Part shown: in pieces, positions 24,321-35,520 of the stretch | Position numbering within the stretch: the first letter of the stretch is position 1 | Layout of the letters: each line of letters opens with the position of its first letter | NCBI RefSeq assembly: GCF_038025025.1 | Contig: NW_027117341.1 | Span: forward strand, 682,001-746,000 | Direction of reading: 5' to 3' | DNA from: Phyllosticta citribraziliensis | Lineage: Eukaryota | DNA: 64,000 nt | Made by a program: the position numbers and the translations under genes | Notes under the pieces: generated by a model | The model's input: the letters and a program-made list of their open reading frames with translations, nothing else | Databases searched by the model: none | Told to the model about the DNA's origin: nothing

Positions 24321-27300
24321 GATAGTTCAATCGACAGTTCACGCAGTCATCTTCATCAGGACGGAGTCGCGACTGTCTCGTACGTCTCGACGAACGAAAT
24401 GGCCGTTTTGTCGCCGAGTATGGTAATAGACCCGCTGAATGGCTCGCTGAGCTCGGCTGTGTTTGCGGCTGCCTATATGGTTGATTCGCAGGCCGTCGCG
24501 TCCGCGGCAAATACACTCGATACAAGTTGCTGCCGTCGACGCCGACGAAGATTCCACGCTCGGCTCGAGCGTCGAACTTCGCACTCTTGAGACGTCGAGC
24601 AGACGGTATGTGAGCATACGGTATGTGAGCGTACGCTGATGCTCCAAAAACCGGCACCTTAGCCAGTCATTCATGTGGCTTGCCAAGTGCTCCATGCAGT
24701 CGGATGGCATGCGTAAGAAGACTTTGTCTTTGATTGACGCATTGAGGAACGCCGTCGGCACATCTCCCTGCTCACAAAATAGGTAGTTGTGAATTTAGAT
24801 TGAAAGAAACAGCATGAACGAAGCAAACGAAGCGACTGGAGAGTACACTTCGAGCTCGCCAGCGTCAGACCGCTGAAAGTTGCCACAAACAGCGGATGAA
24901 CGAGGTTCTGCGAGTGGTGGTGTAGGTGGAGGTGGTTGTGAGGAGGATGAGCAGTTCATGGACTCTCGGTATGACGCGTTTGGTGGTTTTCTAGGGGAAC
25001 ATCTTTGGTATTCCGGACACATCGTACGACTGCCAATCTTCAATCGTGGTGAGAATACTGACACCAGAAGAGTAGGGACATGTCGCAGTTGACGTGTGAG
25101 AGTCGATCTTTCGCCACGTCAGGATGTCAGAAAAGACACCCTTTGTCATGATCTGCCTGGCTGACAACAAGTGGACTGTCAGATCAGGCACACGGAGTGG
25201 CGCCGCCTTTTGCGTTTACCAAGCTTCGAGTCCTCATACTCGGCTCGCTTCGGCCGTTGACAACTTCGATCATTTGCATGTTGTCGCCGAGCATGGAGGC
25301 AGGACTGCTGAATGGCCCGCTGAGCTCCGCCGTGGGTTGAGCTGCCTACATTGCTGACTTGCAGGCTTCACTTGCGGCGTAGAACTTCGATTCCAGTCGC
25401 TTCCGCCACCCTGACCGCCCAGAGAATTTGTTCGGCGGCAGGAGTGGAGTTGATAGACTTGGATTTGGTGGTTGATGTGGCGATGATGCGCCAGCAGAAA
25501 CGGATATCGAAGTCGTTCGGAAAGCTGTGCTCGCCGATATCCGGGTCCTTGACGATGGTGCCAGCTGACGGCAAGGAGTCGACTGGCGACCCTGGCTTCT
25601 CCTATTCACCTGCGTGGTCGTGAAGCTACACGCCAAGCAGATTGTTGTGGTTTTTGACACTCGTCATGCCCGAGGCGAAATGGTCACCGAAGATGGTTCT
25701 ATTTGGATTCCTGGGGATGTTTGGTGTCCAGCCGGGGTTGTGGCCAGCTTCTGAAAGAGGGAGGTGTATCCGAGGTCGTTGTGGTCCTGTTAGTCTCAGT
25801 CCCACCATACTTCGGTGTGAAGTACGGGCACAGCAGACGAACTTGCGGACTTGGTGTATCCCTCTCAAGCAGGACACGGTGAAGAGGCTCATCTCCAGTC
25901 ATCTCGGCAAGTGTGGCAGTTATTTTCCATCCGATGTCGCGTCCCGAGCCCTCCCCCTGATGTAGCCGTCGCTGATTCCCAGCTCTTTCCATTCGACGAT
26001 TTGTGCCCTGCAGCAAGCATCTTTCGACATCGGGCAGCACATCCTCATCAACAGTCTTTCCACAACAAAGTTTTCTTCGCTGGCGACTCACCAAGGATAT
26101 TTGCAACTAGGTCCGCCCATAACCACCATAGTTTCTCGCGTCTTGCCTGGCAGGAGCATGACCACATCCCGTAAGGCTAGCCTCCCAAGCAGCGGAAACG
26201 TCGGACGTTGAGATTGGCGTAGAGGCAATGGCCACCGAACATCTACACTGCGCATGAGTATCTCGACCTTAGCGTACCTACCTCTAAAACCCGACGCGTC
26301 CGCCGGATGAATCCGCGTCATTGACGGCAAGTCCGACGGCCTGCGCGGGTAGGTGCTTCAGGCAGCCGAGCTGAGCATGTTGACCGGCCAGGCGAAGTAA
26401 GTGGGTCTGTCATGCAGTGCGACGTGAGTGGTTCAATGAAGTGGGAATGCATGCATGCATGCATCGCAGATGGGCATTTGGGTGGTGGGGCAGGGAGAGT
26501 GTTGAAGTGTACTGAGGGAGCGGGAGGACATTGAGGACTTGTGTACTGCCAAGGAAAGCTTGGTGTTAAGGTTAACGCTGTGATGGAACTTTCAGGACGG
26601 ATTGGGAAGGCTCGAGGTGGTGAGTGTCATGTTGTGGTCCAGATCAACGGGCGTGAGTAGTGTCCTGATGCTTGGTTTTGGGATGTTGCTCTTTCGTGCT
26701 CTTGAGTGGATTATCTGGTTTTTTGTTCGTGGTTCGTTCCTGAAAATGCTCCGTCGAATATGAAATTATTCCCGTGTGATTCTATCACTCATTGACCTGT
26801 GGTTGTCTAGACGTTTGTCGTCAACCAAGGCCTCGGCCAGGCGTACCAGTAAACAGCAGGGAGTGCCAACGGCCACGGTGTCTAGGCGAAACAGACGGCA
26901 AATAAAAGGCGCTGGACGGATTTGGGTTTGTTGGCTGATTGCGGGAGGCGGGCGTGTCCTTGTTTCCCCGCCTTTTGGCTTGGACAGGGATGCAAGGAGG
27001 CATTTGGGGAGAGGAGCATGTCGAGAAGAAAAGGCGGTCGGGAGAGGTGCGCAATAATATGGGCCAGAGGTAGCACGCCACCGAATCCTTCGAGCGGGGC
27101 GGTCGTGTCATGGGCTCACTGACGGGGGCCTGAAGTTGTGCCATGGTGAGTTGAGACATGGCGCTGGTTGCGCGTCGGGTTGTGGAGGCGGGACCAGCCA
27201 GCTCGCCAGCCCGCGAGCTCGTGCCGAACGTCGATGTCTTTTCGTCAAGACGGCATACCGAGAAAATGGAAAACAAACAGCGAGAAACCGGAAGCAGGTC

Positions 27301-27623
27301 GTCGCAAAAGCTTGTTCCTGATGGTTGTTCCTGCATGTCTTTAGCCGGCCAAGCAGTTCCCAGCCACCGCTGAGGGTCATGGGTCGGTGCGTGCATCTTG
27401 CGGGGTACCATCAAGGAACACACGTAATGCTCGACTGCCCCGGGTGCTTGCATTAGCTATTGCGGCTCTTCCAGGCCAATTCCATATTAGATTCCTTTCG
27501 CCCTTGGCTTCGTCTGACAACTGTCCCGCCGTCGCAGCGACAACCTTGGACATCCTGCGAGCACCTATATCACCGCTCTTCGCTCCTCGGACGACTGCGC
27601 GACAGCTTGCATCAACTCTGAAA

Positions 27624-29147
27624 ATGGTCGCGACGGCCGTCTTCCACGCGGCCTTGACGCTGGTCCTGTTCACTGCCGGAGTGTCTGCCCAGAATCCTGA
27701 CGGCAAATACACCATTTCGGCGGAGGGCATCCGCGCCAACTTCATTCCTTACGGCGCCTCCATCTCCAACCTCTTCCTGAACGACTCCAATGGCGTCGAG
27801 CGTGACATTGTGCTCGGCTTCGACAATGCAAGCTACTACAGCATTGACAAGAAGCACCCGCACTTGGGCGGTGTTCCTGGTGAGTTTCTGCGTTAGCGAG
27901 TTGTCGACGTTGGCCACCATTGGCACCCGTGTCTCGCCTCGAGCACTCCCATTGGCCAGCTGCTCGTTTATTCCGTTTGGTTTCGTTTCCTGGTTCGCTG
28001 ACACACTGGCGTCGCCAGGTCGCTACGCCAATCGCATCAAGAACGGCACATTTGAAATCGATGGCGTCACGTACAACACCGTCAAGAACGAGAATAATGG
28101 TGTGAACACGATTCACGGAGGATCAAATGGATGGGATTATGTACGTCAATTCTAAATGGTAATCGGCATCAGCTAATCATCTTGCAGCGTAACTGGACAG
28201 TTGCCGCCCACACCGACAACTCCATCACCTTTACCATATTCGACAAAGATGGCGAGCAGGGCTTTCCAGGAGACGTGCAGTCGTTTGTCCAGTACACGCT
28301 GACGCCATACACCTGGCATCTGAAGATGGGCGCAACGGCTCTGACTAAGAAGACGCCAATCATGCTTAGCTCTCACGTGAGTCCCTTGGTCAATTCAGTA
28401 ATTCTCCGATGCTGACCTCCAAAAGACGTACTGGAATCTCGACGGCTTCCAGAATAACGACACAGCCAATGCGTTGAACCACACATTTTCCCTACCTTAC
28501 TCAGGCCAGCGCGTAGCCGTCGACGGCATCCTGATCCCTGACGGCACTATTCTGCCCAACGAAAAGGGCTCCGTCAACGACTTCTGGAGCGCTCCCAAGA
28601 AAATTGGCACCGACATCTCCAAGCCCGAAATTCTGGGCAACTGCGGCTCGGGATGCTCCGGTTACGACAATTGCTTCATCGTCAACCGCGCGCAAGAAGG
28701 TCCATACGACTGGCGCACCAAGGGACCCGTGGCTAGCCTCAGCAGCGACTTCTCGGGGATCAAGGTCGACGTTTTTACGGACCAAGATGCGTTCCAGATG
28801 TACTCCTGCAACTCGATGAATGGTAAGTAGTCGATCTTTCCATCCCGTTTCTCTGCCTTTTGCTCTGCACTGCGATTTAACGTTTGCTTGCTCACTGCAA
28901 AACAGGATCCATGCCCATCAAAGCAACCCAAGGCTTCTTCAACAACACCAACCGCCCGCGAGTCGTCGAGAAGTACGGCTGCGTAGTCATGGAAGTCGAA
29001 GACTGGATCGACTCGATCAATCAGCCCGAGTGGCAGCGCGAGAAGAAGAACATTTTTGGTCCTGAAACCGACCCCTACGTCCTGCAGGCCGAGTACCGCT
29101 TCACTGTCGGTGGCAAGGGCGCCACCAGTCGCAAGACTGAGTTGTAA
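27624..29147 (+). CDS. Aldose 1-epimerase (mutarotase) with signal peptide and C-terminal KTEL (5 exons)
   Basis: Signal-like MVATAVFHAALTLVLFTAGVSA-Q. Motifs RDIVLGFD, GRYANRIKNG, TIHGG, QGFPGD, MLSSH/TYWNLDG, YDNCF and VVMEVED; ends SRKTEL*. Confidence 0.92.
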
Positions 29148-30012
29148 TCCCAATTTTTGGTCAGGAGAAGAAGGGATAGCGAGAAAGGCGGTAAAGTGTG
29201 GTGTAATTATTCTTGGATGTGTTATGATTCTTAATGATACTCCCTCTATGCGGGTTCTTCCACTTTTATCACAGATATGTCACTGTGCGCTTCGTAATTA
29301 CTAACTCTGCTCGTATGACGCTCCAGCTTCCACGATATTGGCCAGGATATCCCAATCACCATGGATTGTAGCGCAACTCTATGTGCAGAAACGCTTCATT
29401 ATAGCAGACATGAGCGCTCTTTCCGGCACTGACCCATCAGACGCCTTTGTTGGCTTCCAAGGAAAAGACCAAAGGGCCTGCGACCGTCGGTATTTTGTCG
29501 AGATTGTTTTCGTAGCTCGAGAGCAGAGAAAAAGCTCGCTACTGAAACAAAGAGACCATTTCCGCTTTGGGACATATCGGTTCAACGAAGGCCTCTGCGC
29601 AGCAAGTCTCTCGCCAAAGTCAGCATTGCTGGGGTGAAGCCCACTGCTATGCTTCCAGGGCCGCGCACGTTTCATTCCCTTTTTTCCCTCCTGTATATCG
29701 ACGCTTCCTCCACCCCAAACCCTGAATTGTGACGATCATCTCTCTCCTTTTTCGTTACCCGAATAGGGGAGTTCCTTCGTTTTCTCTTCAGTTGATCATC
29801 AAAGCATGCTACGACCCTTCTTTGTGCGTACTCTGCCCTATTCTCTCTTTCCGGAGTTTTTGGTATCCTTTGTGGACTCAAGATGGATATCCAACTTTTA
29901 AGCAGAGAGTTAACACACAGTCATTCCAACTTCTCCTGTTGACATTTTGGACGCTCCAACACTCCAAAGAAGTCCCAACTGACCCCAACCCCATCCACAC
30001 AACCACCACACA

Positions 30013-31765
30013 ATGGCCAACAGCGACGACGAGGACGACACGTTTTTCGACGTCAGCGAGCCCCCGCCACGGACGCCCCAGAGAGAGCCAGGATGGTGGC
30101 GAAACCGCTGGGGAGAGATGGGTCGCCGAGCGATGCGCCCGTCGCAGCGGGAACAGCACACCAGACTGTTCCACGCCATGCTAAGCAAAGAAGGGGACAC
30201 GCGGCGCGCTGCGAACTCGCTTCGAGCCACGATTGAGGCCACTGGCCAGGATGACGAGGGCGGCGTGGAGGAGCTCGATCGCGTTGAGGAGAGGGATGAT
30301 CTGGGGTCGACTTGGTTTGGGCCGGTGAGTTGTCAGGAGAAAGAGGGCCAGGAGTAGTTTGAAAGTGCCGACTGGCTAACCACTGCGCTGTAGGCTCTCA
30401 ATGCAGGTCCTTCGAATCTGCAGCAGTGGCAAATAGAACAAGGCGCAAGCCCGCCAGATCCCTTGACGGCCCTGTTCGAGACGTACATCCAGGGAGGCCG
30501 GAACCTCATACCAGTCAGCGAACCGGGCGACCAATATGTTATCTTGGGCGCGGAGCGGCGCCGGGCCAGCAGAGTCGTCGCCTCCAGCTTGGTGAGAGGG
30601 TACCTCGTGCTTTCTCTAGAGGAGATTTTGGGGGACGACGAGATGACGCTGCTGGATGTGCACAATGTGACTGTGCGTGATACGCAGAGAGGTATGTGTA
30701 TTTTTGCATCACAGCCTATATAGCGCAGCGACAGCCACAGACGACTGCAAGCTCTATCTACCATCCATTTCCCTATTCCAATTCTTGTCTTTCGGAGTCA
30801 ATGTACGCACCGTATTGACAAACGCCTCCCTCTCAACAGGAACAAACACAACCTGGCTCCTAATCGTGCTCTCCTCAACCGCAATCCCCGAGTCGCAATT
30901 CATCGCCATTCCCTCCACCTTCGCCTCCCGCATGACGACAACCATCGACACAGAAACGCGGCTCACAAACTCTGTCACCGTCGAGGGCGTACTGCACGCC
31001 CCGCCGCAGCCCACGGCCGACAACACGATCCAGATCCGCGAAGTCGTCCACTCCGCGACGACGTATCTGGAGCTGACGCACGGCAGCGTCATCCCCTTGA
31101 CCTCGCCCAGCATCAACGCGCCGCAGATGAGTCGCTGGCGCGGCGTCCTCGCCCACTGCTCGCTCGGCGACTTGGCCATCGCCATCACGAGCGAGGCGTT
31201 CGAGCCGAGCTTGGACTATCGGGACGTTCGGGATGATGATTATGTTGTCGATGCTGACGGCACTATGTTGCGGGTCGAGGGCGCCGCGGCATGGGAAGCA
31301 GCCCGTGGGCGTGAAAGAGACAGTGGTCGTGGATTTGGGCCTGCTGCCGCGGCTGCCATGGCGGCGCTGGGGGGTCGCACACAACGGCTTGCCTTGTCGG
31401 AGAGCGGGAACCAGGGGGCGATGCTCGAGGAGGTGCACTCGGGGCGCGGTCAGGGTCTTGGGCAGCGCGGGGGTGCAAATGATGGGATTGGGTATGGACG
31501 CGGCTATGGAAATGCTTATGGCCGCGGAGGCCCCAACATCCCTTGGGGAACCGGGCGCGGTCGTGGGAACAATCCTGGTTCTGGAAACGCGTATGGCCCT
31601 GCTTTCGCGAGTGGATCTGCGTATGCCAGCCGTCACGGACCTGGAAGTGATGCTGCGCGTGGTCAGAGAGGGGGGCGCGGTCGTGGGCAAGGTCGTGGAG
31701 GTGGTCGCGGGGCTGGGTCCGGGTTCAACACTACGGCGAGGAGGGCGATGGAAAGGAGGCGGTAG
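30013..31765 (+). CDS. Hypothetical ~511-aa protein with RGG/GR-rich C-terminus (exons 30013-30324, 30394-30691, 30840-31765)
   Basis: Three ORF-track fragments join in frame through canonical introns (GTGAGT..GCTAAC..TAG; GTATGT..TTGAC..CAG). No family recognised. Confidence 0.7.
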
Positions 31766-32365
31766 GCAGAGGGGTTTCGTGAGGGATTGGGAGATGATTT
31801 GGTTGTCTATTGGTATGGCGTTTTTGTGCGTGGTAATTTGGGAGACCGTAACGGATGCATGCTGCTTGGCTTTGTCCGGATTGGAAAGTCGATCATGGTT
31901 CCGGTCTGTTTGGGCAGCTTCGACGTTTCGTCTTTCCTCTTGTCCTATCGAAGCGTTTGCGGTTGAGGCAGTGCGGGGATTGTCCTCTTTGTCCTTTGTT
32001 GCCGGTCTGAAGAACAACTCAACCGTAGCTCCAAAGATTTGCCTACGTTCTCCCAAAACACCAAGACCTACGGATGCTCCTTGCTGCAAAGTCTGCAATC
32101 TCAAAAGAAGAAATTTCAAAACCAAGTGTTATAATCGGGTATCAATGATGGTAGCGCATCGCGCGGCATCCTCGCCAAAAAGAGTACATGCCTCCTACCG
32201 GATGTCCAGGTATCCAAACTCGACAAATATAGAACCAAGAATAGTGACGGCAAAGAGAAAGGCAAAGAAAAATTTTTCCTCAAACACCTAACGACCCTTG
32301 CCAGCCCAAACAAGCGGTAATACCAGAACGCCGCAGACATCATCTAAACATGGGGTCAGTGACAC

Positions 32366-34994
32366 TCAAACGTCGGTCAAATCCAACATCTCGACACCAC
32401 TTTCCCTCCAAGCTTTGCGTTTCAGTGGCGCTGTCTTCGTTGGGCCCTTTGTGGCTTTGCTGGCCGTGTTCGAATCTTGCGAAGAGCCTGTAAGATCCAG
32501 ATTCTCGGTGTCTCTGTCGACGTACATCCAGCCTCCCTTGAGGCTTTCGCGCACCTTGATGGCGCGCTTCTTGGGGGCTTCGGTGGATTTCTTGGACGAC
32601 CCGAACACGCGGTCGATACGTGGTGAGCCAGGCGTAGGCGGGGAAGCTCGTTTTTGAGTACGCTTCTTAGGTTTGATCGCAGCTGGGGAAGGTTTTGGGT
32701 ACGGTTCGGTCGAGGGGTTGGAACCGACAGACTGTCGCTCGAGGTTGGCGACCGTGGTATTTTCTGACGTCGATGAGAGGGCTTCCCTGGTATTGGAGCA
32801 AGTAGGCAGGGTGGGAACACCGGCAGCGTTCTTATCTAGGGCTGTCCGAGGCTGCATCGGTGAACTTGTCAAATCGACTTGTTCCACTTCGTCCAAGGAT
32901 GGCAGCGCAGCTGAATTTCTCTTGGAAGAGGCGCCATGAAAGAATCGCAGAGACTCCTCAATCGAAACCTGCCGCTTTGAGGGCGAGTCTTCGATAGCAG
33001 ATCCTGCAGTTTTTCGACTCTGTGCATTTGATGCTGCGACCTTTTTGCTCCCGAGTCGGGTGAGAGTGGTGGCGGGCTCGTTGGCACTCTTTGTGCGTCG
33101 AATATTCTTCGCTCGTTTGGTAACGTTGGGTGACAGGTAATGCTCGTCGATTGCCTCGGAAAAAGAGTGAGCTTTTTCTGTTATCGGCACAGCAGGTGAA
33201 GAGCACAAGTCGACAAAGTCCGGCATAGAGGCGGTAGGCTCAGTGGGTCTTGTGCCTGAGGTTTCTTTCTGTGGACGAAGCGAGCCGCTCCGTTCCCCAT
33301 TCGAATCTCCGATTCCAGACAGGTCCAGCCTGTCGACGCTTGGGGATTTCGGCCTTGTTGGCTTTCCTGACGGACCGGCATTAGACTTGGTGACCGTCGT
33401 GAACTTGTCGAGGGCACCCATTGGCATTCCGCCCTTTCCAGCAGGCGGCTTCTTGGCTTTCTCTTTCCTCGGCTTCTTTTCTTTTGGGGCATTCTTCTTT
33501 CTCTGAGTTTCCTGCCAGTCCTCAACCTTGATTGGTACACCACATTTGAGGAATGAATCCATCACCCAGTGTCTTTCTGGCTGGTCTGGGTCGTACTGAT
33601 TTGGACGCTTCGTAGAACCTTCCCCTTCTTCTGGAGTTTCCGCTGAAGCCAGGTCAGCTTCTATGTCGACCAAGGACTCCTCATTGTCCTCATCCTCGGC
33701 ATCCATATCGATGGGAACAATCTTGCTGGGCACGATGGCAACACGTAGTTCGTCCATGTGGTCCGTCGAAAGATGTTGCCTCTGGCCGTGTATGCTCACC
33801 ACCAATTGGCCCTCTTCTTCCTCAAGTTCGGCAGTGGTCTTTTGGGATGACATCTCGGCTGCGACCCTCTGACCACGAAGTCTGAGCTGTCGAGGGAGCA
33901 AAGCAGGCGCAAGGTTGCGTATGAAGTGCTTTGCTCCAGTCTTTCCCTGCCACTTGAAAACCTCCCGGGTGATTTCGCGCACACCAGCGAGGTGTATTTC
34001 CTGATCCCAAGAAATCCGCGCTCTGAGACGATCAATGGCGGCTGCAGAGGATATTGCCGGGTGGGTGTAGTATTTTAGAATCTTCATCCGTGGAAAGTCC
34101 TCTGGCAGGACAAGTCCCGCGTGCTTCGTTTTGAAATATTTGCTCTGGTTGGTCCGTAGTTCTTCGGCAAGCTCTAGCTTCCACTCTTCGAGTCCTCTCT
34201 TATCACCCGGAGACAACTCGCAGAGCTTCTTCCCAAATCCAGCCCGAGCGGCCTCGCAAGCGACCTTCGGACCGCAACCCGGTATTCCTTCTGTCAAATA
34301 ATCGCCGCCGCTCATCATGGCCACCAGAATCATTCCCTCACGATCCAGACCGGAAGATCCAGCCTTGATCTCATCCGAGTCATACAGATTGAAATGTGTT
34401 GCACTTTTTGCGGATTTTGGATCCTGAGCGGGACGAATCGTGTTCCTGCTTCCGAACATGATAGTATCCACGTCTTCGCTCATCACCATGTCCACAATCC
34501 CGGATCTCTGGAGCAAGGCGCATTCGGCCTCTGCCTCGCCCGGTGCGTCATGGAAAGGAAATCCGAATTTTTTCAGTACTTGTTTGGCGAAATATTCGGG
34601 TATCGAGGCAAATGTTTGACCAGTCTTCTTGTTGCGCTTTTCCGAAGGTTTATTTGGTCCATCAAAAACGAAGAGCGGATGTACCGATAGTTTCATCAAC
34701 CGGAGCAGGCGGTAGAAGAATGTTCGCATGGCGGGGTTGGTTCCACCTGCAAAGCGTGAGTGGTGAAAGTGTTTTGAGTGGGAGTGTAGGAACCTTTCGA
34801 GGATTGAATTTGTACGAGCCATATCGCAGTATCGATGGCTATGCGCAATGGACGACCAGTCTCTTCGAATTTCTGGACGGCGAGTTTGGCTAGGGCTACC
34901 CGGATGCCCGGGCCAATCTCTTTGTAGATGCTGTCAAGTGTGAGTGTTGCTGTTGCTGCTCCACGTGCGTCTCGACATACCCAGGGATGCCCAT
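32366..34994 (-). CDS. YEN1: XPG/Rad2-family Holliday junction resolvase Yen1/GEN1 (introns about 34980-34931 and 34793-34747)
   Basis: MGIPG/IYKEIG, RPLRIAIDTAIW, FVFDGP, APGEAEAECA, SEDVDTIMFG, GGDY..GIPGCG (H3TH); disordered C-terminus. Confidence 0.88.
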
Positions 34995-35520
34995 TACAGA
35001 CACATGGTGTTGAAGAAGTGAGAAAAGGTTCCACGAGCGACAAGGGGTGCTCAATGGTTGAAGCTGGTCGCGCGCCTGGGAGAATGACCTGTGGCCGGGC
35101 GCGTCGACGCGCGACCGATGGAGGGTTGAGGAGAGGGGAGAAGGGCCGATGTTTTGCCGACTGTTTACAAACATTGGCCGGGGGACCCAGTTACCGCCCA
35201 CTCAAACCACTCCACCTACCATCCATCTTTTGCCTGGCCCACCATCACTACCATCGACAATTCAGCGACAGCCATTCAGTCCTCTACAAACGCCATCATC
35301 GAAAATCGCCAGACCTTCTAATGAGCATCTCTATCGCGTTGGGTAAGATCGCCCCAATAAGTAGCCGTTTCCTTCCGCGGGCACTTTCCACAATGGCCCA
35401 TTTTTTATCTTCTCATACTCCGACAAGCTATGCAGACGTCCATGTGCTCGGCGCACGTTTACTAGACCTCTATCTAATGCGCAAGCAGATCGACTTTGAA
35501 CATCCACAATCCAAGCGGCC

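Larger units (their letters stand above)
23711..24358 (+). repeat. Split LTR (5' part 23711-23766, 3' part 24319-24358) flanked by the 5-bp target-site duplication GGACG
   Basis: Begins TGTCAGA and ends CTTCATCA. GGACG lies at 23706-23710 and 24359-24363. Both parts match the reverse complement of 24159-24320. Confidence 0.8.
23590..26340. mobile_element. Degenerate, nested and rearranged Ty1/copia LTR-retrotransposon relic
   Basis: Plus strand: RNase H fragment (DNENVVRCA..ATKHIDVYYRYVKQAVED / GVATVSYVSTNEMA). Minus strand: integrase C-terminal SH3-like segment (VFGASAYAHIP..KFDARAERGIFVG..YRVY, ~24500-24657), RT segment (DVPTAFLNASIKDKVFLRMP, ~24700-24765) and pol beta-barrel segment (PDLTVHLLSARQI, ~25140-25191). 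Frameshifts and stops throughout. Confidence 0.88.

Noticed and set aside
30875..32291. 416-aa minus and 352-aa plus ORFs overlapping the orphan gene
   Set aside because: Mostly shadows of the G-rich RGG exon, with no recognisable domain and non-ATG or poor starts.
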